A stretch of DNA of 53,377 nt from Phycisphaerae bacterium. Lineage in GTDB: Bacteria > Planctomycetota > Phycisphaerae > SM23-33. The notes under the pieces were generated by a model. The model was not told the origin of the DNA. It did not search any database and saw nothing but the letters and a program-made list of their open reading frames with translations. Location: the NCBI GenBank assembly GCA_021108335.1, contig JAIORC010000167.1, positions 1-53,377 on the forward strand, given 5' to 3'. Of this stretch, positions 34,913-42,649 are shown piece by piece (position 1 is the stretch's first letter; each line of letters begins with the position of its first letter). The translations under genes and the position numbers were made by a program.

Positions 34913-35368
34913 ATGCGTAAAATAAAAATTTCCCAATTGCTCACCATTACCGCGTATGTCCTGGTCGTAGCGAATATCTGGCTGTTCAGCCCGCTCAGCA
35001 GCATGAAAATGCTGGGCACGGTCGGCCTGCTGGTTCTGTTCGTGCTGAACCCCATCGCCGTAATCGTGGCGGGCCAGCGCGCGGGATATCGCAAGGCCTG
35101 GGTATCAAACAGCCTGTTTGTCGCCCTGCTGCTCGGGGGGCTGTATGCCGGGCCTGAACTGCTGGGCATAGCTCTTGGCGTTCCTCCCATCGCCTCGCCG
35201 TGGGACTTGGGCTGGGGATATCCCGCCGCTCTCGTGGGGTTGTATGGTACATGGATATTGTTGGGAGCGATGCTCCGGCGAAAAACCCTTATGACCGTGC
35301 AGAAGTGCATCCACGAAGCCGCCGCCAGGGCTGCCCAAAAACAGCGGGACGAACAACCGGAGCAGTAG
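34913..35368 (+). CDS. Hypothetical 4-TM membrane protein, paralog 1
   Basis: 151 aa that aligns along its full length with 35553-36062 (NPIA.IV.G...GPELL..ALG..P..S.W.L.WGYP). TAG stop sits two codons before the position of the paralog's TGA. Confidence 0.55.
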   Translation: MRKIKISQLLTITAYVLVVANIWLFSPLSSMKMLGTVGLLVLFVLNPIAVIVAGQRAGYRKAWVSNSLFVALLLGGLYAGPELLGIALGVPPIASPWDLGWGYPAALVGLYGTWILLGAMLRRKTLMTVQKCIHEAAARAAQKQRDEQPEQ

Positions 35369-35552
35369 GAATCTTGATACATCCCCTCCCCCTCAGACCC
35401 GGTGCCGTGATGGGAAGCGAAGCTTTCAGCCACGATGTTTGCTCACTCCCCACGCGGGCAAATGTCTTGGAATTTTCACACTGAATGCCTTAATGTAAAA
35501 GGAGTAGTTGTCCTGAATTTGTCCTGAAAAATTTCGTGGTGATTTATCGAAA

Positions 35553-36062
35553 ATGGATAACAAAAGAAATATTAAAAGCACTCTCAAAACACTCACCATT
35601 GCCGCGACTATTCTGGTAGCGGTAGATGTCTGGTGGTCCTGCATATACAGTAACACGAAAATACTGGGCATAATCGGTCTGTCGATTCTGTTCCTGATGA
35701 ACCCCATCGCCACAATCGTGCTGGGCCGGCAGGAGGGAGACCGCGAGCCCTATATTCCAAGCAGCCTGTATGTCATTCTGCTGATCTGTAGTTCCTATGC
35801 CGGGCCTGAACTATTGCGTGTAGCTCTGGGCTACTCTCCCGTCGAATCGCTGTGGACCCTGAGCTGGGGCTGGGGATACCCCATCTCACTTGTGGTGGGG
35901 TATATCGTATGGAGGTTGCTGTGGACAATGTGGCAACAAAAGATCCTTGCAGCCGCAGCCACGCGGAAGAGAATCCACGAAGCCTTCATCATGGCTACCC
36001 AAATGCGGCAGGCCGAACAGCACGAGCCACTATTCAAACAGCAGGAGCAGCCGGAATCTTGA
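35553..36062 (+). CDS. Hypothetical 4-TM membrane protein, paralog 2
   Basis: 169 aa; see paralog 1. The conserved upstream box (35457-35493) and downstream box GGAATCTTGATACAT (36053-36067 vs 35368-35382) show a tandem cassette duplication. Confidence 0.55.
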   Translation: MDNKRNIKSTLKTLTIAATILVAVDVWWSCIYSNTKILGIIGLSILFLMNPIATIVLGRQEGDREPYIPSSLYVILLICSSYAGPELLRVALGYSPVESLWTLSWGWGYPISLVVGYIVWRLLWTMWQQKILAAAATRKRIHEAFIMATQMRQAEQHEPLFKQQEQPES

Positions 36063-36096
36063 TACATTTCTCCTCAGGCGGTACATTGGCGGCGGT

Positions 36097-37128
36097 ATGT
36101 TAAGTTCATTTTCCAAAAAAGCGAGGCTGTTTCGCACCTGGACCAGCGGGCACCCCATATGGTGCGCGTGGCAGGTTACGTACCGCTGCAACTTCCGCTG
36201 CCGGTTCTGCGGATATTGGCGAGACCCTATGGGCAAAAAGCCCGAGCCGCCCGTCAGCGATTACCGTATCGGCGCGCGCAAGCTGGCGTCGTTCGGCTCG
36301 ATGCTGATAAGCCTTGCCGGCGGCGAGCCGTTCCTGCGGCCTGACCTGCCGGAGATTGTCGGGGAAATCGCCGAGTTTCATTTACCGTTCGTTACCACCA
36401 ACGGCTGGAATGTTACCGAGCAGGTCGCCCGTGACGTGATGGCTGCCGGCTTGTGGGGTGTGTCGGTGAGCATAGATTATTCCGACCCCACCGCCCACGA
36501 CGAAGCACGAGGCCGGAAGGGAGCCTGGGAGCAGGCGTGGCGGGCGGTGGAAATGTTCGCAGCCGCCAGGAAGTACGACTATCAGCGGGTAAACGTGATG
36601 GCTGTGCTGCTGAACGACAATATCGATCAGATCGAAGACATTATGCAAGCTGCTGCCCGGCGGCAGGCGTATTTCATGATTCAGCCGTACGGGTTCCGCA
36701 AAATCAATACGCACGAATTCGCCCACAACGACGGGGCTGTCTCGCCGCGATTGCTGGAGATGTGGCGGCGAAACCGGAATTTTCTGTCCAATCCGACTTA
36801 CCTGGGCAAGTTCGACGAGTTTCTCGCCGGCGGCATTCCGGGTTGCCGGGCCGGGCGGGCGTTTTACAATATCGACTCCACGGGCGACATCGCCATTTGC
36901 GTGGAGAACAAGGCCAGGCCCATCGCCAACCTCTACCGCCACAGCCAACACGCAATCCGCGACCGGCTGCGTGCCGCCTCCAAAAATAACGACTGCACCT
37001 GCTGCTGGTACAACTGCCGCGGCGAAGTCGAAAGCCTCTACAAACCCAAAAGCCTCATCCAATCCCTCCCGACATTCTTCCACAACCGAGGCGCCGCCGA
37101 CGGAGAAAAAATGGGCCGATGGAAATAG
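36097..37128 (+). CDS. Radical SAM enzyme with a SPASM/twitch-like C-terminal Cys cluster
   Basis: CNFRCRFCGYW (CxxxCxxC), GGEPFLRPD, and C-terminal CRAGR...CTCCWYNCRGE. Start set at ATG 36097; the track ORF starts at 35890, inside the previous gene. Confidence 0.75.
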   Translation: MLSSFSKKARLFRTWTSGHPIWCAWQVTYRCNFRCRFCGYWRDPMGKKPEPPVSDYRIGARKLASFGSMLISLAGGEPFLRPDLPEIVGEIAEFHLPFVTTNGWNVTEQVARDVMAAGLWGVSVSIDYSDPTAHDEARGRKGAWEQAWRAVEMFAAARKYDYQRVNVMAVLLNDNIDQIEDIMQAAARRQAYFMIQPYGFRKINTHEFAHNDGAVSPRLLEMWRRNRNFLSNPTYLGKFDEFLAGGIPGCRAGRAFYNIDSTGDIAICVENKARPIANLYRHSQHAIRDRLRAASKNNDCTCCWYNCRGEVESLYKPKSLIQSLPTFFHNRGAADGEKMGRWK

Positions 37129-37130
37129 GG

Positions 37131-37346
37131 CAAAAACGGGAACCAGTTTTTGTAGGGTGGGTGCTTGCACCCACGCGTGGGCTGGTTGGATGGCTATGAG
37201 GAAGAATCGCGCGGAAATGAATTTTTCATTTCCGCGCGGCGGCCTTCCCAGGCCGCCGCGAAACCTGTGCAGGCGGTACAGGCTTGCCCCAAAGGGGGTT
37301 GTAACCCGTGCGAAAACCGCGTGGGTGCAAGCACCCACCCTACAGC
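37131..37346. repeat. Intergenic repeat mosaic F: inverted pair of TGTAGGGTGGGTGCTTGCACCCACGCG modules enclosing further hairpins
   Basis: 37151-37177 and its reverse complement at 37318-37344. Internal hairpins CGCGCGGAAATGAA-TTTT-TCATTTCCGCGCG (37208-37238) and GCGCGGCGGCC-TTCCCA-GGCCGCCGCG (37234-37260). 37296-37346 is nearly identical to the reverse complement of 38378-38428. Confidence 0.85.
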
Positions 37347-37372
37347 CCATGGAAATTCATTTATCCCGGTGA

Positions 37373-38173
37373 TCACTCATCGCGGCGGATGATTACTCTT
37401 GGGCCTGTGTCGTAATCGGGGTTTGGTTCTTCTTTGTGGATTGAGACATTTCCGCAGCCCCATCCCCAGCGGCGGCGTCCCCAGCCGCCGTAACCCTCGA
37501 CGTGCAAGTCCGTTGAGAGCGTGGCCGGCGGGCCGGCGGGCGGGCCGGGTGCTCGGCTTGGCGTGTTTACTTTTGCAGCGACGGTTTGGATTTGTTGTCG
37601 TACCGTGGCGAGGGATTTTTTTGCGTCGGCCAGTGCTTCCCGGGCGTTTGTCAGGGCGGCTGGGTTGCTGGCGGAGGTGCTCAGGGCTTTGTCGGCTAGC
37701 GCGATTGCCTTTTCGGCGGCGGCGACGGCCTGGCGGATTTTTTGCAATTCCGTCGCGATGTCCGCAGGCGGCGCAGGCCCGGCGGCGGGGGCTTTTTGTC
37801 GCGTGGGCGGGGCTTTGACGGCTGCCACCCATGCCTTGCCGTCCCACTTGAGTTTCGTGCTGACTGTCCGACTGGGGTTGAGCACCTCCAGCGGCGCATT
37901 GCCCGTGCTGACGGTGTTATACTGCGGAGCCGACGACGTAAAATGGGCCACCCGCGTAACCATCATGACGCCCACGTTGGTTCGCGGCGCTTCGGGCAGA
38001 TTCTTTATCGTCCGATCCGTGTAGGTTACCTGGTAGAATACGTCGGTGCTGGTGGTCGGCTCGGCGGCGGGGGCAAGTTCATTCGCCAGCCATGTCGCGC
38101 CGAGCAGAATCGCCAGCCCGCCCAGCCATTTCCAATTCCGTTTCAGCAGCTTTTCAAGTTCACAGGCGTTCAC
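37373..38173 (-). CDS. Hypothetical secreted/anchored protein with a coiled-coil segment and a W/G/R-rich C-terminus
   Basis: GTG 38173 is preceded by GGAG at 7 nt. Signal-anchor WLGGLAILLGATWLA; Ala-rich helical segment; tail GYGGWGRRRWGWGCGN. The longer track ORF (to 38416) runs through repeat mosaic G. Confidence 0.45.
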   Translation of the reverse strand: MNACELEKLLKRNWKWLGGLAILLGATWLANELAPAAEPTTSTDVFYQVTYTDRTIKNLPEAPRTNVGVMMVTRVAHFTSSAPQYNTVSTGNAPLEVLNPSRTVSTKLKWDGKAWVAAVKAPPTRQKAPAAGPAPPADIATELQKIRQAVAAAEKAIALADKALSTSASNPAALTNAREALADAKKSLATVRQQIQTVAAKVNTPSRAPGPPAGPPATLSTDLHVEGYGGWGRRRWGWGCGNVSIHKEEPNPDYDTGPRVIIRRDE

Positions 38174-38211
38174 GGGATATCTCCTTAAACAATTTACATT
38201 TTTTAACTCTA

Positions 38212-38428
38212 GCGTGGTGGCCTTCCCAGGCCACCACGGCACAGGTTGCAAACCTGTGCCACCTACACCAGTTTCGCAACCCGCCCGAAAAAGAATATCG
38301 GGTGCCATGCTTCTGCTTGCAGAAGCATGCTTCGGATTCATCATGGCGACCCCTTCGGTGTCGCCATGCCACCCACGATTGTAGGGTGGGTGCTTGCACC
38401 CACGCGGTTTTCGCACGGGTTACAAACC
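38212..38428. repeat. Intergenic repeat mosaic G
   Basis: Modules: 52-nt double-hairpin unit GCGTGGTGGCC-TTCCCA-GGCCACCACGGCACAGGTT-GCA-AACCTGTGCCACC (38212-38263); GGGTGCCATGCTTCTGC-TT-GCAGAAGCATGC (38300-38330); GGCGACCCCTTCGGTGTCGCCATGCCACCC; and TGTAGGGTGGGTGCTTGCACCCACGCG (38380-38406). Confidence 0.85.
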
Positions 38429-38608
38429 TTCGCCACCCAGCGGGCGCAGCTTCCCCGGCACAGGTAGATATCGGATTTGCCCCGTGTCAACTTAGGCTGT
38501 TTTACCGCACACGCTTTGCCGTTTTGCCGCACATATTTTACCGTTTTACCCACTGATTCAGATTCTCTCTTGCCATTGTCCCGTTTGGGTAATACACTTT
38601 GAGGCGAC

Positions 38609-39142
38609 ATGAAAAAGATACTTACCGCCGAACAGGTCGACCGCGCGCTCAGTAAGCTATTCAAGGCTGTTACCGCCAACATGCCCAAAGACGCCCCCAT
38701 TGCCATTATCGGCATTCGCACGCGCGGCGAGACGCTGGCGAGGCGGCTTGTCGAGCGACTCGCCGCCGACTACCCGAAAATGCAGGTGGACCTCGGAATT
38801 CTGGACATCACTTTTTACCGGGACGATTTGTCCCGTCGCCGTGGTGCGCCGCTGGTGCGGGCTACCGAAATAGATTTCGACATCGACGACCGCTGGATGC
38901 TGCTGGTTGACGACGTGTTGCAGACCGGCAGAAGCATCCGGGCAGCCCTCGACGCGATTCACGATTTCGGCAGGCCCAGGATTATCCGACTGGGCGTACT
39001 GATCGATCGCGGCGGGCGCGAAGTGCCCATCGCCGCCGACTACGTAGGCAAAACACTCTCCGCCCCCGACGGGCAACGAATCCAACTGAAACTGAAAGAA
39101 AACGATGGCCAGGAAGGCGCCTATATCGTCAAAAAAGCGTAA
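38609..39142 (+). CDS. pyrR: Bifunctional pyrimidine operon regulator / uracil phosphoribosyltransferase PyrR
   Basis: 177 aa with IIGIRTRGETLARRL...ITFYRDDL...LLVDDVLQTGRSIRAAL...LIDRGGRE.PI.ADYVG. Confidence 0.9.
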   Translation: MKKILTAEQVDRALSKLFKAVTANMPKDAPIAIIGIRTRGETLARRLVERLAADYPKMQVDLGILDITFYRDDLSRRRGAPLVRATEIDFDIDDRWMLLVDDVLQTGRSIRAALDAIHDFGRPRIIRLGVLIDRGGREVPIAADYVGKTLSAPDGQRIQLKLKENDGQEGAYIVKKA

Positions 39143-40130
39143 GTCGCTCCCCAAACGCGCAGCCGGACACGCCGCGCCAAATGCGGAAGTTACCGTCGAG
39201 CCGGATTTCGTCTGGACCCGCAAAGACCTGCTGGGGCTGGACGAGCTTTCGCCGCGGGAAATTGTTTGCCTGCTGGAGACGGCTGAGAGTTTCAAGGAGG
39301 TTTCCACCCGGTCGATAAAGAAGGTTCCCGCCATGCGCGGCAAGGTGGTGGGGCTGTTGTTTTTCGAGGATTCTACCCGCACGCGAATGAGTTTCGAGCT
39401 GGCAGCCAGCCGGCTCAGTGCCGATTCGCTACTGTTCACCGCCAAGGGTTCGAGCGTTTCCAAGGGCGAGACCACGATGGACACCGTGCGGAATATCGAG
39501 GCGATGGGCGTGGACGTGTTCGTGATGCGGCACGGCCAGAGCGGTGCGCCGCACATGGTTGCCCGGCAGGTGGAAGCGTCGGTGGTCAACGCCGGCGACG
39601 GCAGCCATGAGCATCCGACGCAGGCGTTGCTGGATATTTTCACCATGCGGCAGCGGCTTGGCGGAATCGCCGGCAAAAAAGTGGCTATCGTGGGCGACAT
39701 CGCTCATTCCCGCGTCGCCCGCAGTAATATCCTTGGGCTGCGTAAGCTCGGTGCCGAGGTCGTGGTGGTAGGCCCGCCGACGCTCGTGCCCAACGCCATC
39801 ACCGCGATGGGCTGTTCGATCAGCCATTGCCTCGACGACGTGCTTGGCGAAGTGGACGCGATCAACATGCTGCGGATTCAGTTCGAGCGGTTCGGCGGCG
39901 GGCTGTTCCCCAGTCTGCGGGAATATCACAAACTTTACGGCATGGACGCCGAGCGGCTCAAACGCTGCCGCAGGGACGTGCTGATTATGCACCCCGGCCC
40001 GATCAACAGAGGCGTGGAAATCACCACCGAAGTCGCCGACGGGCCGAACAGTTGCATCCTCCAGCAGGTTACCAACGGCTTGGCGATCAGAATGGCGGTG
40101 CTGTACCTGGTGTCGCAAGGAAGAGAGTAG
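39105..40130 (+). CDS. pyrB: Aspartate carbamoyltransferase catalytic subunit PyrB
   Basis: FFEDSTRTRMSFE, HEHPTQALLD and HPGP motifs. ATG 39105 overlaps the pyrR 3' end by 38 nt and gives a ~30-aa basic N-terminal extension. Confidence 0.9.
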   Translation: MARKAPISSKKRKSLPKRAAGHAAPNAEVTVEPDFVWTRKDLLGLDELSPREIVCLLETAESFKEVSTRSIKKVPAMRGKVVGLLFFEDSTRTRMSFELAASRLSADSLLFTAKGSSVSKGETTMDTVRNIEAMGVDVFVMRHGQSGAPHMVARQVEASVVNAGDGSHEHPTQALLDIFTMRQRLGGIAGKKVAIVGDIAHSRVARSNILGLRKLGAEVVVVGPPTLVPNAITAMGCSISHCLDDVLGEVDAINMLRIQFERFGGGLFPSLREYHKLYGMDAERLKRCRRDVLIMHPGPINRGVEITTEVADGPNSCILQQVTNGLAIRMAVLYLVSQGRE

Positions 40131-40136
40131 GTCTTT

Positions 40137-40871
40137 ATGCTAGTGTTCATTGACGAAAGCTATCAGCAGAAGGCAGTCGGGGATGTTTGGACTGCTTTGG
40201 CTGCAATATGTGTTCCAAAAGAAAGCTGCCGGGATATTGCCAGAGAGTTATTCAAACTGAAAAAACGTTTCTGGCACGTCAGGGAGCCGGATGAAATGGA
40301 ACTGAAGGGGTCAAAACTTCTCAATGCCAGAGGAGTCCAATCTCCTCGAAATCGAGATTTTATCCAGGAAATCATATCTCTATGCAAACTTTACAAGTTA
40401 ACGCCCTTCGCGGTGGCCCAACACCACCCGGAAGGCTTGGAGCTTAGTCGTTTGCGAGGGAAGGGAATTCTTCCGGATTTGCATAAAGGACTTGTCCGAC
40501 GAGTACACCAATTTTTAGCGGACAAGCATCCTGAGCGACTTGGCATATTGGCGTTTGATGAGCGGGATCGGCAAACAAATCGCCATATATCCAGGGCTTT
40601 TCGGAATTATCTTTTCAAGAGTAAAGAAGCTCAGGAATTCGAGCAGATTGTCGAAACCCCCTTTTTTTACGATTCTGAGATTACCCCTGCCGGGGAAATA
40701 GTCGATATTGTTGCCTATCTAATGTGTGCTCGTTACGCCGGACGAAAAAACGACTCTGTACTGGAGAAATTTTTTATGTCCTTTAGAGATCTTAGTTATA
40801 GCCCTCAAGCCGGGGCTTGGAGTTCAAAGCGGCTATGGGGCTTTTCGGCTTTGGGAGTGGATCCAAGTTAA
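40137..40871 (+). CDS. DUF3800-family protein (unknown function) inserted between pyrB and pyrC
   Basis: N-terminal MLVFIDESYQ and overall size fit DUF3800, recognised from memory. G+C is visibly lower (~48% in the first 60 nt, counted by hand) than flanking pyr genes. ATG lies 6 nt after the pyrB stop. Confidence 0.6.
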   Translation: MLVFIDESYQQKAVGDVWTALAAICVPKESCRDIARELFKLKKRFWHVREPDEMELKGSKLLNARGVQSPRNRDFIQEIISLCKLYKLTPFAVAQHHPEGLELSRLRGKGILPDLHKGLVRRVHQFLADKHPERLGILAFDERDRQTNRHISRAFRNYLFKSKEAQEFEQIVETPFFYDSEITPAGEIVDIVAYLMCARYAGRKNDSVLEKFFMSFRDLSYSPQAGAWSSKRLWGFSALGVDPS

Positions 40872-41071
40872 GCGCAAAAAAAGGAATTGGCGGTTCCGAA
40901 GAACCCATAGGCCAAACCGCTTAGGTTTGACAACCAATCCCACACATGACTATTGTACTCATTAAATTCGGCAAAAACCAAATTAAATCAAAGAAAAAAC
41001 AAAAGTAAATCGAACTTTATTGCAGCACCAGCCATGAAAAAATAACGCAACATCTTTGTACAAAGGCGGTT

Positions 41072-42352
41072 ATGAAAAAAACACTGCTTCAAAACGGACG
41101 CGTGATAGACCCCGCCAACGGGGTTGACGCGGTATGCGACGTTCTGCTGGCCGGCGGTGAAATCGCCAAGGTCGGCACGACGAACAAGACCGACGCCAGG
41201 GGCGCCGAAGTTATCGACGCCGGCGGAAAAATCGTCTGCCCCGGGCTTATCGACCCGCACGTGCACTGTCGCGAGCCGGGATACGAAGATAAGGAAACCA
41301 TCGCCACGGCGGCTGCGGCTGCCACGGCTGGCGGGTTCGCCACCATCTGCTGCATGCCAAACACCAATCCGCCGCTGGATAACGACTCGGCGGTTCACTA
41401 TGTTCTTCAGCAGTCCGGCAAGGCGAATCTCGCCCGCGTGCTGCCGGTGGGGTGCATTTCCAAAGGCCGCGACGGCAAGGAACTCGCCGAGATGGGCCTG
41501 ATGCTCGAAGCCGGCGCTGTCGCCTTTACCGACGACGGAAACGGCGTGGGCGACAGCATGGTCATGCAGCGGGCATTGCAATATTCCTCCATGCTCGGCG
41601 TTCCGCTGATGCAGCACTGCCAGGAGCCTTCGCTCTTCGGCGGCTCGATGAACTCCGGGCCTGTGGCGGTACGGCTGGGCCTGGGCGGCATCGCGTCGGC
41701 GGGCGAGGAAATCATGCTCCGCCGCGACCTGGAACTCATCGAGCGGATCGGGGCAGCCTATCACGTGCAGCACGTTTCCACCGCCGGCAGCGTCGAGATG
41801 CTCCGCCAGGCCAAGGCCGACGGGCTGAACGTATCAGCCGAGGCGACGCCGCACCATCTGCTGCTGACCGACGCTGCCTGCATGGGCTACGATCCCAACT
41901 ACAAAGTCAACCCGCCGCTGCGAACCGCTGGCGACGTCGAAGCCGTCCGCCAGGGCGTCGCCGACGGAACGCTATGCTGCCTGGCGACGGATCACGCACC
42001 GCACACGCGGGAAGAAAAGGAACTGGAATTCGCGCTGGCGCCGTTCGGCATAATTGGGCTGGAGGTGGCGGTGGGGCTTTACGCAAAGGCGCTGATCGAG
42101 GCCGGCTATTGCGATTGGCCGACACTGATCGAGCGAATGACCACAGGCCCGGCGAAGGTGATACATTCCCCGCTGGGCACGCTGACAGTCGGCCGGGCTG
42201 CCGACGTAACCGTCATCAACCCCAAAAAGAAATGGACGGTCAAGGTCGATCAATTCCATTCGAAAGGCCGAAATTGCCCCTACAACGGGATGAAACTCAA
42301 AGGCCGACCCGTAATGACAATCGTCGGCGGCGAAGTAAAGTTCCGGCTGTAA
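41072..42352 (+). CDS. pyrC: Dihydroorotase PyrC (class I, amidohydrolase)
   Basis: GLIDPHVHCREPG...ATAGGFATICCMPNT...TDDG...HVSTAGS...EATPHHL...ATDHAPH. Confidence 0.9.
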   Translation: MKKTLLQNGRVIDPANGVDAVCDVLLAGGEIAKVGTTNKTDARGAEVIDAGGKIVCPGLIDPHVHCREPGYEDKETIATAAAAATAGGFATICCMPNTNPPLDNDSAVHYVLQQSGKANLARVLPVGCISKGRDGKELAEMGLMLEAGAVAFTDDGNGVGDSMVMQRALQYSSMLGVPLMQHCQEPSLFGGSMNSGPVAVRLGLGGIASAGEEIMLRRDLELIERIGAAYHVQHVSTAGSVEMLRQAKADGLNVSAEATPHHLLLTDAACMGYDPNYKVNPPLRTAGDVEAVRQGVADGTLCCLATDHAPHTREEKELEFALAPFGIIGLEVAVGLYAKALIEAGYCDWPTLIERMTTGPAKVIHSPLGTLTVGRAADVTVINPKKKWTVKVDQFHSKGRNCPYNGMKLKGRPVMTIVGGEVKFRL

Positions 42353-42389
42353 CGTGGGGCATCTTCAAGACCGCCCACCCTTAACTCCC

Positions 42390-42583
42390 GCGTGGTGGCC
42401 TTCCCAGGCCACCACGGCACAGGTTGCAAACCTGTGCCACCCAACACCAGCCACCCTGGATTTGTTTGGGTGGCATGGTCCCCAGGGGACCATGTGTTTT
42501 TGCCCTTCGAGCGGTATCGCGGCGGCCTTCCCAGGCCACCGCGGCACAGGTTGCAAACCTGTGCCACCCAACACCAGCCACCC
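42390..42583. repeat. Intergenic repeat mosaic H: two 65-67-nt double-hairpin units as direct repeats (period 129 nt) around a terminator-like hairpin
   Basis: 42390-42456 and 42519-42583 both read G(T/C)GG(T/C)GGCC-TTCCCA-GGCCACC(A/G)CGGCACAGGTT-GCA-AACCTGTGCCACCCAACACCAGCCACCC. Confidence 0.85.
42465..42501 (+). terminator. Terminator-like repeat module TTTGGGTGGCATGGTCCCC-A-GGGGACCATGTGTTTTT downstream of pyrC
   Basis: GC-rich stem CATGGTCCCC/GGGGACCATG followed by TGTTTTT. The same module occurs twice downstream of the hydrolase gene (21063-21117 and 21139-21177). Confidence 0.45.
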
Positions 42584-42649
42584 GACGTATTTTGGTGGAA
42601 TATCGGCAAAAAAACAAAATTTTCCCCGCGTCAGACGCGATATAATAGT

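Noticed and set aside
36382-37350. 322-aa minus-strand ORF opposite the radical SAM gene, extending through repeat mosaic F
   Set aside because: It begins inside palindromic repeats and is antisense to a CxxxCxxC radical SAM frame.
38430-39200. Searched for a canonical PyrR-binding anti-antiterminator loop (…UCCAGAGAGG…) in the pyr leader and at the pyrR-pyrB junction
   Set aside because: No match was found by eye on the coding strand, so no attenuator feature is reported. Only the GTTTTRCC reiteration is noted as a finding.
38657-39700. 347-aa minus-strand ORF across pyrR/pyrB. Similar cases: 39429-40118 and 40988-41773 (minus), and 45343-46080 and 52435-53337 (plus)
   Set aside because: All are antisense to genes with strong family signatures (PyrR, PyrB, PyrC, PurD, GltD-like) and have biased, motif-free translations.
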